Assembly (NCBI GenBank): GCA_963787255.1
Contig: CAWBCJ010000025.1
Coordinates: 1 to 64,000 of the forward strand
DNA from: Methanobacteriota archaeon
GTDB taxonomy: Archaea; Methanobacteriota; Methanobacteria; Methanobacteriales; Methanobacteriaceae
Reading direction: 5' to 3'
DNA: 64,000 nucleotides
Shown: piece by piece, positions 42,574 to 54,389 of the stretch
Layout: each line of letters starts with the position of its first letter
Position numbering within the stretch: position 1 is the first letter of the stretch
Notes under the pieces: model-generated
The model's database searches: none
What the model was told of the DNA's origin: nothing
What the model saw: the letters and a program-made list of their open reading frames with translations, nothing else
Program-made: the position numbers and the translations under genes

Positions 42574-43600
42574 TTAATATCTTACTTTTCCTATGTGCCT
42601 TGTAGCGCCTGGATCTTCACCATTGAAGTGTGCAAGATAATAAATAAACCATTCAAGTGGAACTACCAGTGCAAATGGTGACATTAAATTATTCATATTC
42701 GAATAATCTTTTAAGTTGTAAATAATTGGTTTAACACCAATTTTTTCTCCAAATTCAATGGATTTATGAGTCATTTCATCTCCAGGATAATCGGCATTTA
42801 AAAACACTATAGGAACACCCTCTTCGGCTCTTTCAATTAAACCATGCCTGAACTCACCCAGAATACAAAGGACAGGCGTGTTTTAAGGCACCTTCCATGA
42901 ACATAGTCATAGCCAATTTGTAGGCAAGTCCATAGTTGGGCCCGCTGCCCATACAATAAAATATGTCATCATCCCGGCATTTTTCAGCTATTTCCCTGCC
43001 TTCATCTTCAGTTTTTTTAATTAAATCCTCAGTAATTGCCGGAAGTCTTTCAATATCACTTAGAACATCCATTTTAATTTTCCCAGCTTCGTTTTCATCT
43101 TCTAATCCTTGCATGCTGAATAAGATATTGTAAAGGCTCATTAGCTGGGTCATGTAGGTTTTGGTTCCGAGTATGGCGCTTTCAGTCCCGCCTCTTGTAA
43201 TTACGGTGTCATCAGCTTCTTGAATCATTGTGCATTGCCCTTCATTGGTTATTGCAACAGTATAAACGTCTTTTTCCTGGGCACGATTTAATGCAGCAAC
43301 AGTATCTGCTGTTTCACCGGATTGCGAAGTTAAAATGGCTCCGGCATTTTCATATCCCGTTTTTTTGTTGTAAAAAAACTCATAACCAGTATAAACTTCT
43401 ATATTTCTATCTGAAATAAAATCAAGGGCACTTTTAGCAGAGTAACATGTTGAAAGTGAACTGCCGCAGCCTAGAAGATAAATCTTATCAAATTCTTCAA
43501 ACTTCGCTGCAATTTCTTTCATATGCGACTTTTCTTCCTTTAAAGTATCTTTTAAAGCTTTCGGTTGCTGTAAGATTTCTTCATACATCTTATATTTCAT
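42574..43600 (-). CDS. Double SIS-domain sugar-phosphate isomerase/aminotransferase-like protein (frameshift ~42855)
   Basis: [32 protein letters not shown] across the shift. Confidence 0.85.
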
Positions 43601-43652
43601 TATTTTTTCCTCAAAAAAATTATTTTTAAGATCATAAAAACTTATAATATAT

Positions 43653-44687
43653 TTATTTTAGGATTTCAATTTTATCCATATAATCAGCTTTAGTTTGGTC
43701 TAAACTTCCTTTAATAACTCGTGTATTCGCTGTTGTTCCCATAAAGCCGGATTCAAACTTAAATCTAGGCACTAGATGCACATGCACATGTGATATACGC
43801 TGTCCAGCTACTTCACCTAGATTAATTCCAATATTTATACCATCAGGTTTTATAACTTCTTTTATAAGTTTAGTAGCACGTTGTACGGTGTTAAATAAAT
43901 TAGTAAGAGTTTCTGGATCTATATCTTCAAAAAGGGTGTAATGTTTCACTGGAACGACTAAAAGATGTCCCCGGGTAAAAGGATAAGCGTTTAGTATTAC
44001 CATGGTATCCCCATCATTGTATAAAACATTCTTTGAGATGTTTTCTTTGCCTTTTGCCATTTGGCAGAATATACATGGCATTTCAGGATTAATATAATCT
44101 TCTTTAAGAGATGGTGGAGTAAATATTACGTTATAACCGGGGATGTTGTTGTAAAGTTTTGAGATGCAAACTGCCATTTTTGCAACTTCAACTGCATTTG
44201 TACCAATTAAAGAAATTGAAGGCTCTTTTCCCCACGCTCCCATGTGGTATATAACATCTGGAACACCGTTAATCTTTTTAATTGCTGTTTCAACTCCCCA
44301 AGGTATAGTACCGCCTTCAACTTTTTGGATTAATTCTGGTTCGTCTTTTCGGTCATAAAAAGAGATTTTAAGGCCTAGTTTTTTGCAAATTTCTATTATT
44401 TGGTTGTTGTAAATGATATTCATGGCGCTTCTTTTGGTAGGGTCGTGTTTCATTATGCTTAGCACTAGACGGGCCATGTGTGATGATACGCCGTATTCAG
44501 GTTTCATAAAAGCTCGGGGTTTGCCGTGTATAGTTGTGATTCTTCCGGGAATCCCTGCTACATCTTTTACATCCCTGGCGTTTTCTTTTGCCATTACAAT
44601 GTTACTTCTTACTTCGGGAATAAATTCAGTAAATTCATCGCAGTTTTGTAGAATTTCAACGGCTTTTTCTAGATTCTCTATTTCCAT
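43653..44687 (-). CDS. thiN: ThiN thiamine-phosphate synthase fused to a C-terminal HIT hydrolase
   Basis: [29 protein letters not shown] (ThiN); [27 protein letters not shown] (HIT). Confidence 0.85.
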   Translation of the reverse strand: MEIENLEKAVEILQNCDEFTEFIPEVRSNIVMAKENARDVKDVAGIPGRITTIHGKPRAFMKPEYGVSSHMARLVLSIMKHDPTKRSAMNIIYNNQIIEICKKLGLKISFYDRKDEPELIQKVEGGTIPWGVETAIKKINGVPDVIYHMGAWGKEPSISLIGTNAVEVAKMAVCISKLYNNIPGYNVIFTPPSLKEDYINPEMPCIFCQMAKGKENISKNVLYNDGDTMVILNAYPFTRGHLLVVPVKHYTLFEDIDPETLTNLFNTVQRATKLIKEVIKPDGINIGINLGEVAGQRISHVHVHLVPRFKFESGFMGTTANTRVIKGSLDQTKADYMDKIEILK

Positions 44688-44755
44688 GACTATAATATGT
44701 ATTTAACTAGATATAAAGGGTTAGGATTAAAAGGAGAACATGTACTATCCTTTAA

Positions 44756-44782
44756 ATAGAATGTGTTTAAAACTCATTCTAT
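44756..44782. promoter_or_regulatory. 27-bp inverted repeat between divergent thiN-HIT and acetate transporter genes
   Basis: atagaatg-t-gttt-a-aaac-t-cattctat. Confidence 0.5.
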
Positions 44783-45146
44783 GACATTTAAATATATTTT
44801 TTTTTTGATTTAATCAAACCGTTAACAAAGATATGATAACAATTTTTTTTTATGAAAGAGATGTTATCCAAATTAAAACAACCCCCTTTTTTTAGATATA
44901 AAAAGATGAAATTAATTTATAAAGATTTAAATAATAGCTAATTAAAATTTTATTAGATAATTGTTAGTGTTTAAACACAGGGGAGCCAAATAACACTGGA
45001 AGACTAAATAATAATACTGACAATATGAATTTAAATATATAATTAATTTATACGGGTTTATAATGCAGTTAAAAAGATGCTCAAATAAAATTAATTCCAC
45101 TTTCATTTAATATGATGAAGAAAAAAAAATGGAGGTATAAAAAAAA

Positions 45147-45743
45147 ATGGTAGATGAAGTTGCAACTATAACTATAGATGGAATGAAATTATCAAAACAT
45201 ACCCCTGCAAATCCTGCACCTTTGGGATTTATAGCAGTAGGAATGACAATTGTTTTATATGGTTTTTATGCTGCGGGCTTTTATGGGCTAAACAGTATGA
45301 TATTTACTTTAGGATTAGTTTATGGAGGTATAACCCTATTAATTGTAAGCGCAATGGAATATAAAAATGGTAACACCTTTGGAACCGTCGCCTTTGGATT
45401 ATATGGGATATACTGGATTTCTGATATATTGATGTTAATATTTGCACAAATAGGTTGGGGAATAGCTCCAGACGTAAATTCAATCACAATATTTTATCTC
45501 ATGTGGGGACTATTCACAGTAGGAATATTTATAGGAACACTCAAATTAAGCCGAATTATACAATTCTTTTTCCTAACCCTCGCCATACTATTCTTCCTAT
45601 TAACCGCCGCTACATACACTGGAAACCCTACACTAACATTAATAGCAGGTTATGAAGCAATATTATGCGGTGCAAGCGGCATATACATAGGCCTAGCAGA
45701 GATACTAAACGACTTATACGAAAGTAAAGTTTTACCAGTCTAG
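45147..45743 (+). CDS. Acetate uptake transporter (GPR1/FUN34/YaaH-SatP family)
   Basis: ANPAPLG, YGG, GNTFG motifs; 6 TM. Confidence 0.9.
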   Translation: MVDEVATITIDGMKLSKHTPANPAPLGFIAVGMTIVLYGFYAAGFYGLNSMIFTLGLVYGGITLLIVSAMEYKNGNTFGTVAFGLYGIYWISDILMLIFAQIGWGIAPDVNSITIFYLMWGLFTVGIFIGTLKLSRIIQFFFLTLAILFFLLTAATYTGNPTLTLIAGYEAILCGASGIYIGLAEILNDLYESKVLPV

Positions 45744-45824
45744 CTATAAAGAAAAGGAAAAATAATATTCTTATTTTCTTTTACCAATTTTTTTTTAGAA
45801 ACTAATTTTTATTTTTATCTTCGA

Positions 45825-45962
45825 ATCTTCTTATCAACTAATATCAATTATATTTCTATAAATTTACGTCCCCTTGTATTTATCACATCTAGTTTTTTTA
45901 ACACTGTTAATCTACTAAGTGGTATTACTTTTAATGGGTTTAATGCAAGAGCATTTAAAAAC
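45825..45962. repeat. Dispersed repeat copy C
   Basis: atcttcttatcaactaa...atttacg...aatctactaagtg...tgcaagagcatttaaaa. Confidence 0.7.
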
Positions 45963-46043
45963 TAATAATTAAGTATTTCTATTTATATTAGATAGTAAAT
46001 AATAAACTTAGATAAAATAAACATAAATTTTTATAGAAGGGAG

Positions 46044-49000
46044 GTGAATAAAATCAGAAAACGATTAATAATGCTAATTTCTTTCATATTTCTTTTAATT
46101 ATTTTCACTAATACTGTTTCTGCTGATCAATCAATTATCTATGTAAATGATTCAGGGGGAAACGATAGCTGGACTGGTGAAACAGCAATATGGGATGGAT
46201 CAACCCTACTTGGACCTAAAAAGTCTATTAAAAATGCCACAGGAACTGTAACTGATGGTGGGACAGTAAACATTGCAAACGGCCAATATACAGGAACAGA
46301 CAACACTAACATCACCATAGATAAAAATATGGCTATTATTGGGCAAAGCAGGGAAAATACCATAATAAATGGAACTAATAATACTGGAATATTCCTGATT
46401 CAAAATGGTGTAAATGTTTTAATCCAGAATTTAACACTTGCAAATGGAAATGCGGATTCCGGCGGTGCAATCCTAAATTCTGGAAATCTAACTGTTTTTG
46501 ACAGTAATTTCATAAATAACACTGCAACTGCTGGTGGTGCTATCCGAAGTATTGGGGGTACTTTGAATGTTAGTCAGTTGTAATTTAACAGATAACGTGG
46601 CATCAGATGGTGGTGCTATCAGTAGTTTAGGAAATTTAAACATTATTAATAGTATTTTCACCAAGAATGGTGCTAGTGAAATATTATATTACAATGATGC
46701 ATTAGGTGGTGCTATTTATTGTGCAGGAATCTAACCGTTCTTAACAGTACTTTCATAAATAACCGTGTTACCAATTGTGGTGGTGCAATTGTAAATGGTG
46801 GAAATTCCATCATTCTTAATAGTACTTTTATAAATACTTCAACTTTTAATAGTGGTGCTATTTGCAATTATGGTAGATTTAACTGTTGGAAATAGCACTT
46901 TCATTAATAACACTGCAGACAGTGGTGGTGCGATTTATAATGGGGGTATTTCAACTGATTTGGGCACTTTTAATAATGGGGGTACGTTAATAGTTGAGGC
47001 TTGTGATTTCATAAGTAGTACTTCAGGATTTAAAGGTGGTTATATTACCAATACAGGTACTTGTTTTATAACTAACAGTAATTTTAGTAATAGTACGGCA
47101 ACAAATGGTGGGGCTATTTGGAATTCTGGAGGTGATTTAACTATTACTGATGTTACTTTCACAAATAACACTGCTTGGGAGGGAGGAGGTGTTATTTTGA
47201 ATGATGGTATTTTGAGTGTCAATAACGTTATTTTCAATGGTAACACTGCACTTGGTGGTGGAGCAATTAGTAATGCTGGTAGTTGATTATTAGTGATAGT
47301 ATTTTCATTGATAACACTTCAGGAGCGGGTGCAATTTCCAGTAATTGCAGGGTGATTTAACTGTTTTTAACAGTAATTTCACAGGTAACACTGCAACTTC
47401 TGGTGGTGGCGCTATCTGCTAATAATGGAGGTACTTTGAATGTAATAATTGTAATTTCACAGATAACTCTGCAACCAATAAAGGGTGGTGCTATTTATAG
47501 TAGTAGTGATCCTCCAGATGTAGCCGTAAACATTATATTTGGCAGTACTTTCACTGGTAACACTGCAACTATGAATGGTGGTGCTATTTACAATGAGTGG
47601 TGAATATTGGGTATGGTACTGGTCAACTTGTCAGTGGAGATAGCTTATTAATTATGAATTTCTGTCAGATTGTAGGATAACAGTCCTGAAGATATATACA
47701 ATCACTAATAGAATTTCAGCAGATCTTAAATATAATTGGTGGGGTTCAAATAATGGTCCAGCATCTGGAAGAGTTACAGGTAGTGCAATTGTCACTCCTT
47801 GGCTTGTTTTAACTGTAACTGCAAATCCTAGCAGTATTGGTGTTAATGGGACATCAACTATAACAGCAGACTTAACACATGACCAGAATGGTGTTTATTA
47901 TGATCCTGCAGATGGTTATGTTCCCGATGGAATTCCAGTGAATTTTACCACAACTTTAGGAAATATAACTAATCCAGTATCTACAGTTAATGGGACCGCA
48001 CAATCAACTTTAAATGGCGGATCAGTGGATGGTGTTGCTAATGTTTCAGTTAAAGTTGACAGTCAAACTGTACAAAAATCAATTCCCGTACAAATAACTT
48101 TCACTATAACTCAAATAAAACAAGCAGCATCAACAGTAAGAAATCACATTGAAACTTATCACCAACTACCTAGTACCGTGGATATCAATGGAACTAATGT
48201 TACTATGTCCCAGTTCTTGGAATTGTTAACCAGTGCTTTACTGCAAATTAACAGTGGAAAAAATAATCCTATACTTTAAGAAATTTCACTGCCCCTACAA
48301 ATCCAAAGGACAATATTCGTGCAGGAAATATTCCTAAAGCAGAATACATGAAACTAGCAGGAGATATTAAAAACTACATGGACAGTAGCGGTAAAACACC
48401 AGACTACGCGTACGGAACAAGTCTGGGAACATGTCTAGGATTTGAAAACCTGGTTTACATGTACACTATGATCCTGGATTACTACAACACCAGCGGTAGG
48501 GTGGCTGATTGGGCAGGGATGGAGCCTTGGAGTGTTATAGTTTCTAAACCTTTTGTGGATCCCAATGCACCAAAATTTAGTGTGGAGCAGATTGAAGATG
48601 CAGCATCTACACTGAGGGCTTATGTTGAGTCTAGTCATAAGTTAATGAGTAAAGTCACAATTAATGGAACAGATGTAACAATGTCACAGTTCCTTGAATT
48701 ACTAACTACAGCATTACTTCAAATAAACAAGGGAAACAGTAATTTAATACCATTAAGAAACATTACAGCACCTACCAAACCATTAGAAAACATACATGCC
48801 GGCAATATTCCCCGAGCAGAATACATGAAACTAGCAAGTGAAATCAAAAACTACATGGACAGTAGCGGTAAAGCACCTGACTACGCTTACGGAACATGTC
48901 TGGGAAATTATATGTGTTTCCAAAACCTGGTTTACATGTACACTATGATCCTAGATTACCATAATTCAAGCGGGAAAATGGCTGACTGGGCAGGGATGGA

Positions 49001-50265
49001 ACCGTGGAGCGTTATAGTATCTAGACCTGTTTTGGATCCAAATGCACCTAAATTCAGTATAGATCAGATTAAAGCTGCTGCATCAATTGTAAGATTATCT
49101 ATAGAAACAAATGGTAAACTGCCGGATTATGTGGAAATAGGATCCAGTCAAGTTACAATGCCCCAATTCCTGGAATTATTAACCAGTGCTTTACTACAAA
49201 TTAACAGTGGAAAAGATAGTCCTATACCTTTAATGAATTTCACTGCCCCAACATGCCCAAAGGATAATATTCGTGCAGGAAATATCCTTAAAGCAGAGTA
49301 TTTAAAGATTGCAAGTGAAATCAAAAACTACATGGACAATACAGGTAAAACGCCAGACTACGCTTATGGGACAAGCTTGGGAACATGTCTTGGATTTGAG
49401 AACCTGGTTTATATGTACACTATGATTTTGGATTACTATAATAGTAGTGGTAAGGTGGCTGATTGGGCAGAAATGAAACCGTGGGGAGTGCGTGGTTACT
49501 GGATGTTGGCATCAAGTGCGCATAGCTTCAATCCATGGACTTTAAAAAATTCGGGAATTACAGATATATTCCTTCTAACTAGATCTGTAACTGGAAACGT
49601 ATACCTTAATGAATTACAATACGTAATAGATGTTTGTAAAGATCCAGGAATACGTGTTCACGCGTGGATTGTATGTTTTAAGGATAATAATGCATTTGTT
49701 AACCCTATTACGCCCGGATACAAAGAAAGTTTACTTAATCTAATTAGTAACATTGCAAATAATTATGCTGTAAATGGAATTCACTTAGATTATGTAAGAT
49801 ACTCTGGTGTTGGGAATAATGCGGCTTCAGCACAGCTGGGAGGTACTTCTGCAGCAGTTGCTACCATAACTGGTTTTGTACACAGTGTTTATGATTTAGT
49901 GAAGGGAATCAATACAAAAAATAGCAGTTTCAGCAGCAGTGATGCCTGAAGGAGCAAACAATCCAGGTCTTTATGGGCAGGATTACAGTCAACTTGCAGA
50001 CTATGTTGACTTCTTTTTACCTATGACCTATGAAGGAAACTACAATGCAAATAATGCATGGATAACAAGCGCTACACAGTATATAGTTGATCATGCCAAA
50101 GGTAAACCGGTATATGCTGGTTTAACAACCTATTGGTCTGACAGTAACACAAGAGCATTAACTCAATCTGAATTAAATGAAGATGCAAACTCAGCTAGAC
50201 TTGGTGGTGCATCAGGTTATGTATTATTCAGATTTGGCTATGGAAGTTCCGCAATACCATGTTAA
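46044..50265 (+). CDS. Adhesin-like surface protein: beta-helix repeats, Ig-like domain, pseudomurein-binding repeats, C-terminal putative glycoside hydrolase (many frameshifts)
   Basis: Signal peptide; FxNNTA..GGAI repeats; NWWGSN; VPDGIPV; repeated QFLELL/GKTPDY/ENLVYMY; GIHLDYVRY, PMTY. Confidence 0.8.
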
Positions 50266-50581
50266 ACATGGAAATTAGTCTGTAAATTACCAAAAAAGTT
50301 TTACTCTCCACTATATATATTTTTGGAGAGTCACTTCCTTCTTTCTTTTTTAGTGAATTAAAGTTTATTTCAATACACCCCTGGAGAAGTTAAATGTTAA
50401 TAGGGAGATTATCACATTTTTATTCTGTTTTTGAAGGTTTTAAATCCAAAAAGGAGCATTATTTTACGTTGTTTTTAAATATTTAAATCAAAAAATTTAT
50501 ATGCTTCAAACGACCATAATTCTATGTCAATAACTCCAAATCGGTGTAAATGACATCTGGAAAAACTGGGAGGCTATATTA

Positions 50582-53568
50582 ATGAAGCGACTATTGTTGC
50601 TAGTAATGCTTCTACTTTTAGGTGGAGCATTGCTTAATGTAACAGATATATATGCCACCACAGAAAATTCACAGACTCCAGATAACACCATTAAACAAAC
50701 AATAGCTCTAAATAATACAACAGAACTTGAAAACAACTTGAATATTCAAAATTCGGCAGGAAATGCAGCGAATGAATCTGCAAACCCTGCAAGTGATTCA
50801 GTAACAAATAACCTACAAATTACAGAAAATACATCCAATTCAAGCGTTAACAATGGATTAAACAATTCTATCAGTAACATAACTAACGTTCAAAATTCTA
50901 CTGACGCCGCCGGAGATGATAACTATCAAAATGTTCGTGGCATTTGGCTAAAAGCTGAAGACGTGGGCATTTTAAATTTAGATGAAATTGAAAAAGCAGG
51001 AATTACAGATATATTCATTAAATCAAATTTAATAAACACTCCTACATATCAAAACGTGCTAACAGCACTTTTAAACAAACTCAAAGACACGGACATACGA
51101 ATTCACGCATGGATAACATGCTTCAAGGATTCCAACGGTAACTGGGTTGACCCCGCAAATACCACACAACGTGCATTTCTGCTTGATGAAATAAACAACA
51201 TAGTGAGGAATTATAATATAGATGGAATACATTTAGATTACGTCAGATACTCTGGCGTAGGAAATAATGCAGCATATAACCATCCAAATGCAACAGCTAC
51301 AATAACATCATTTGTAAAAGATGTTTATAACCTTGTAAAATCAATTAATGCAAAAACAGCAGTTTCTGCAGCTATAATGCCCGAAGGACCTGTTAATGGG
51401 TACTACTACGGACAGGATTACAGTCAACTAGCAGATTATCTTGATTTCCTTGTTCCAATGATTTACAAAGGAAATTATGGAAAAGATACAGCCTGGATCG
51501 GCACAACAACCAAATACATAGTAGAGCAATCAAAAGGAAAACCAGTTATAAGTGGACTTCAAACCTATCGATCTGATAATGATATGACCGAAGTACCTGC
51601 TGCTGAATTAAAAAACGATATACAATCCGCAATAGATAACGGAGCATCAGGCTATGCTTTGTTTAGATATGGATTAATCGATAATGACTTCTTCAATGTC
51701 CAAAACTTAGAACCAGCAAATTTCAGTATAAATCAAATTAAAGATGCAGCATCAAGAATTAGAACTTATATTGAAAACAATCACAAATTACCTAATTACG
51801 TAGAAATCGCATCAAACCAGGTTAGCATGTCACAATTCCTGGAATTATTAACCAGTGCTTTACTACAAATTAACAATGGAAACAGCAAATACAATAGCTT
51901 TAGAAATCTTCAGCGCACCTACAAATCCACAAGACAATATACATGCAGGAAATATTCCTAAAGCAGAATACTTAAAAATTGCAAGTGATGTGAAGAATTA
52001 CATGGACACTAGTGGTAAAACACCAGACTATGCTTATGGCACAAGTCTGGGAACATGTCTAGGATTTGAAAACCTCGTTTACATGTACAGTATGATCTTG
52101 GATTATCATAATGCGAGTGGTAAGATGGCAGATTTCGCAATGATGAAACCATGGTCTGTAATATCCAATGGAAATACAGATCCTAATACCAATACTTTCA
52201 GTATAAATCAAATTAAGGATGCAGCATCAAGAGTAAGAGATTATGTTGAAAACAATCACAAATTACCAAGCTACGTACAAATATCAACATATCAAATTAA
52301 CATGCCTCAATTCTTGGAAATGTTAACTACAGCATTATTACAGATTAAAAGTGGAAACACAAATGCAGTGACTTTGAAATCGTTCAGCGCGCCTATAAGT
52401 CCAAAGGACAATATTCGTGCAGGAAATATTCCTAAATCAGAATATTTAAAAATTGCAAGTGATGTCAAAAACTATATGGACACTAATGGAAAAACACCAG
52501 ACTACGCATACAAAACAAGCCTAGGAACATACCTAGGATTTGAAAACCTAGTCTACATGTACACCATGATCCTAGATTACCACCAAACCAGTGGAAAAAT
52601 GGCAGATTTCGCAATGATGAAACCATGGTCTACCATATATGATCCTAATGCAGTGAATTTCAGTATAAGTCAAATTAACGATGCAGCATCAAGAGTCAAA
52701 TCTTATGTAGACAACAATCAAGATCTGCCCAACTACGTACAAATATCAACATATCAAATCAAAATGTCACAATTCCTAGAACTATTAACCACAACATTAC
52801 TACAAATTAACAGCGGAAACACAAACACAATAGCTTTAGAAATCGTTCAGCGCACCAACAAACCCACAAGACAACATACATGCAGGAAACATTCCTAAAA
52901 CAGAATACCTAAAAATAGCAAACGACATCAAAAACTACATGGACACTACCGGTAAAACACCAGACTACGCATACCAAACAAGCCTAGGAACATGCCTCGG
53001 ATTCCAAAACCTAGTTTACATGTATTCAAAAATATTGATCTTTCAAAATACAAATGATGCACTACCTCTCTATGTTACACTAAGTCCTTGGAATGAAAAC
53101 CCAATACCTTCAGACATGCAACAGTACCTTCAACCGACAGCAAATTGCCAATCTAATGATTACCGCATTAAAGCACTTGAGTCCTCACTAACTAATGGTG
53201 TAAGTTCAACCTATGATAAAGGTGTGAAAATCTTTAACTGGGTAAGGGATAACTTAATCTATTCCTTTTACTACAATACCGAAAACGGGGCGGTAAACAC
53301 TTACCTAAATAAAGAAGGAAATTGTGTTGACCACTCACATTTGTTGATAGCACTAGCAAGAGCAGCGAAAATTCCAGCAAGATACATGCATGGAACTTGT
53401 ACCTTTACAAGTGGCAACGTGTACGGACACGTCTGGGCACAGCTTTATATAAACGGAAAATGGTATGACGCAGACGCAATAAGTTCTAGAAATACATTTG
53501 GCACAATAAACAATTGGGACGAGAATACAGTGATTATGAAGGGAATCTATTCTGAATTACCCTTCTAA
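50582..53568 (+). CDS. Secreted putative glycoside hydrolase + pseudomurein-binding repeats + transglutaminase-like peptidase (frameshifts ~51885, ~52845)
   Basis: RIHAWITCF, GIHLDYVRY, VPMIY; PMB repeats; GNCVDHSH, GHVWAQ, WYDADA catalytic triad. Confidence 0.85.
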
Positions 53569-53629
53569 TACCCTCTTTTTTTTAAAGTTCATCTAACTTT
53601 TTTTTTGATATTAATAAAAATTATGCATA

Positions 53630-53706
53630 TATGGTCACGTGAAGGCTCAAATAGGAACAGATGGTACATAGTTCTATGAACAGCTTTGGTGCTGCTATAA
53701 ATTGGG
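53630..53706 (+). pseudogene. Degenerate relic of a transglutaminase-domain C-terminus
   Basis: YGHVKAQIG / RWY / SSMNSFGAAINW vs YGHVWAQ..KWY..SSRNTFGTINNW in the neighbours. Confidence 0.55.
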
Positions 53707-54332
53707 AATTTGGCTACAATTTGGGGGTATTTATAAGTTTTTACTGTTTTAATTATCTTAAATTTTTTATTTTTTTAAATATTTTTTTTGGCAGTATTAC
53801 TTGAAATAAATTATTATTTTTGATTATTTTATTACTTAATTGGTTTTTTGCTTATTTTAATACAAATTATTACACGTTTATGACATAAATCGAGTTTTAT
53901 GGTTAAAATTAGCTTATTTTAGATAATAGACTTTAACTTATTGTCTAATTAATTTTAAAAAGTATTTAAGGAATATGAAATTAAAATAGGTGAATGTAGT
54001 CACAATAGAGCTAAATCATAAAGCAATTTTCTGTCTTAAATATTTTAAATAGCTAATAATTTTCATTATTTTAAATTTAAAGCCTAAACCATTTGAGAAA
54101 TCATTCTAATCTCTTAAATAAAAGGATAAATATTAAGAAATAGCATTATTTATTATAATTGAGTTTAAGATTATTTTAGATATAACGAAGAGTTGAGCGT
54201 GACCATCATCACCTATTCAAGTTATTGAAAAGCATTTAAAATGTTTTAAATCCTAAAAAAAGCTAAATAAGCTCTTTATTTTTGATTTTAGACCAAAAGA
54301 TTTATAAGCTATAGATCACTATCCCCAATTGT

Positions 54333-54369
54333 AATAACCTCAAATTGAGGTTATTTTTACACAATTTGG
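54333..54369 (+). promoter_or_regulatory. 5'-UTR hairpin downstream of a BRE/TATA-like element
   Basis: aataacctca-aat-tgaggttatt stem with outer aattgt/acaatt; related hairpin at 50524-50556. Confidence 0.6.
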
Positions 54370-54389
54370 ATTAAATAGGAGGCGGTATA

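Noticed and set aside
48100-53100. Diversity-generating retroelement template/variable repeats
   Set aside because: These are pseudomurein-binding coding repeats with mostly synonymous differences; no reverse transcriptase and no obvious adenine-specific variation
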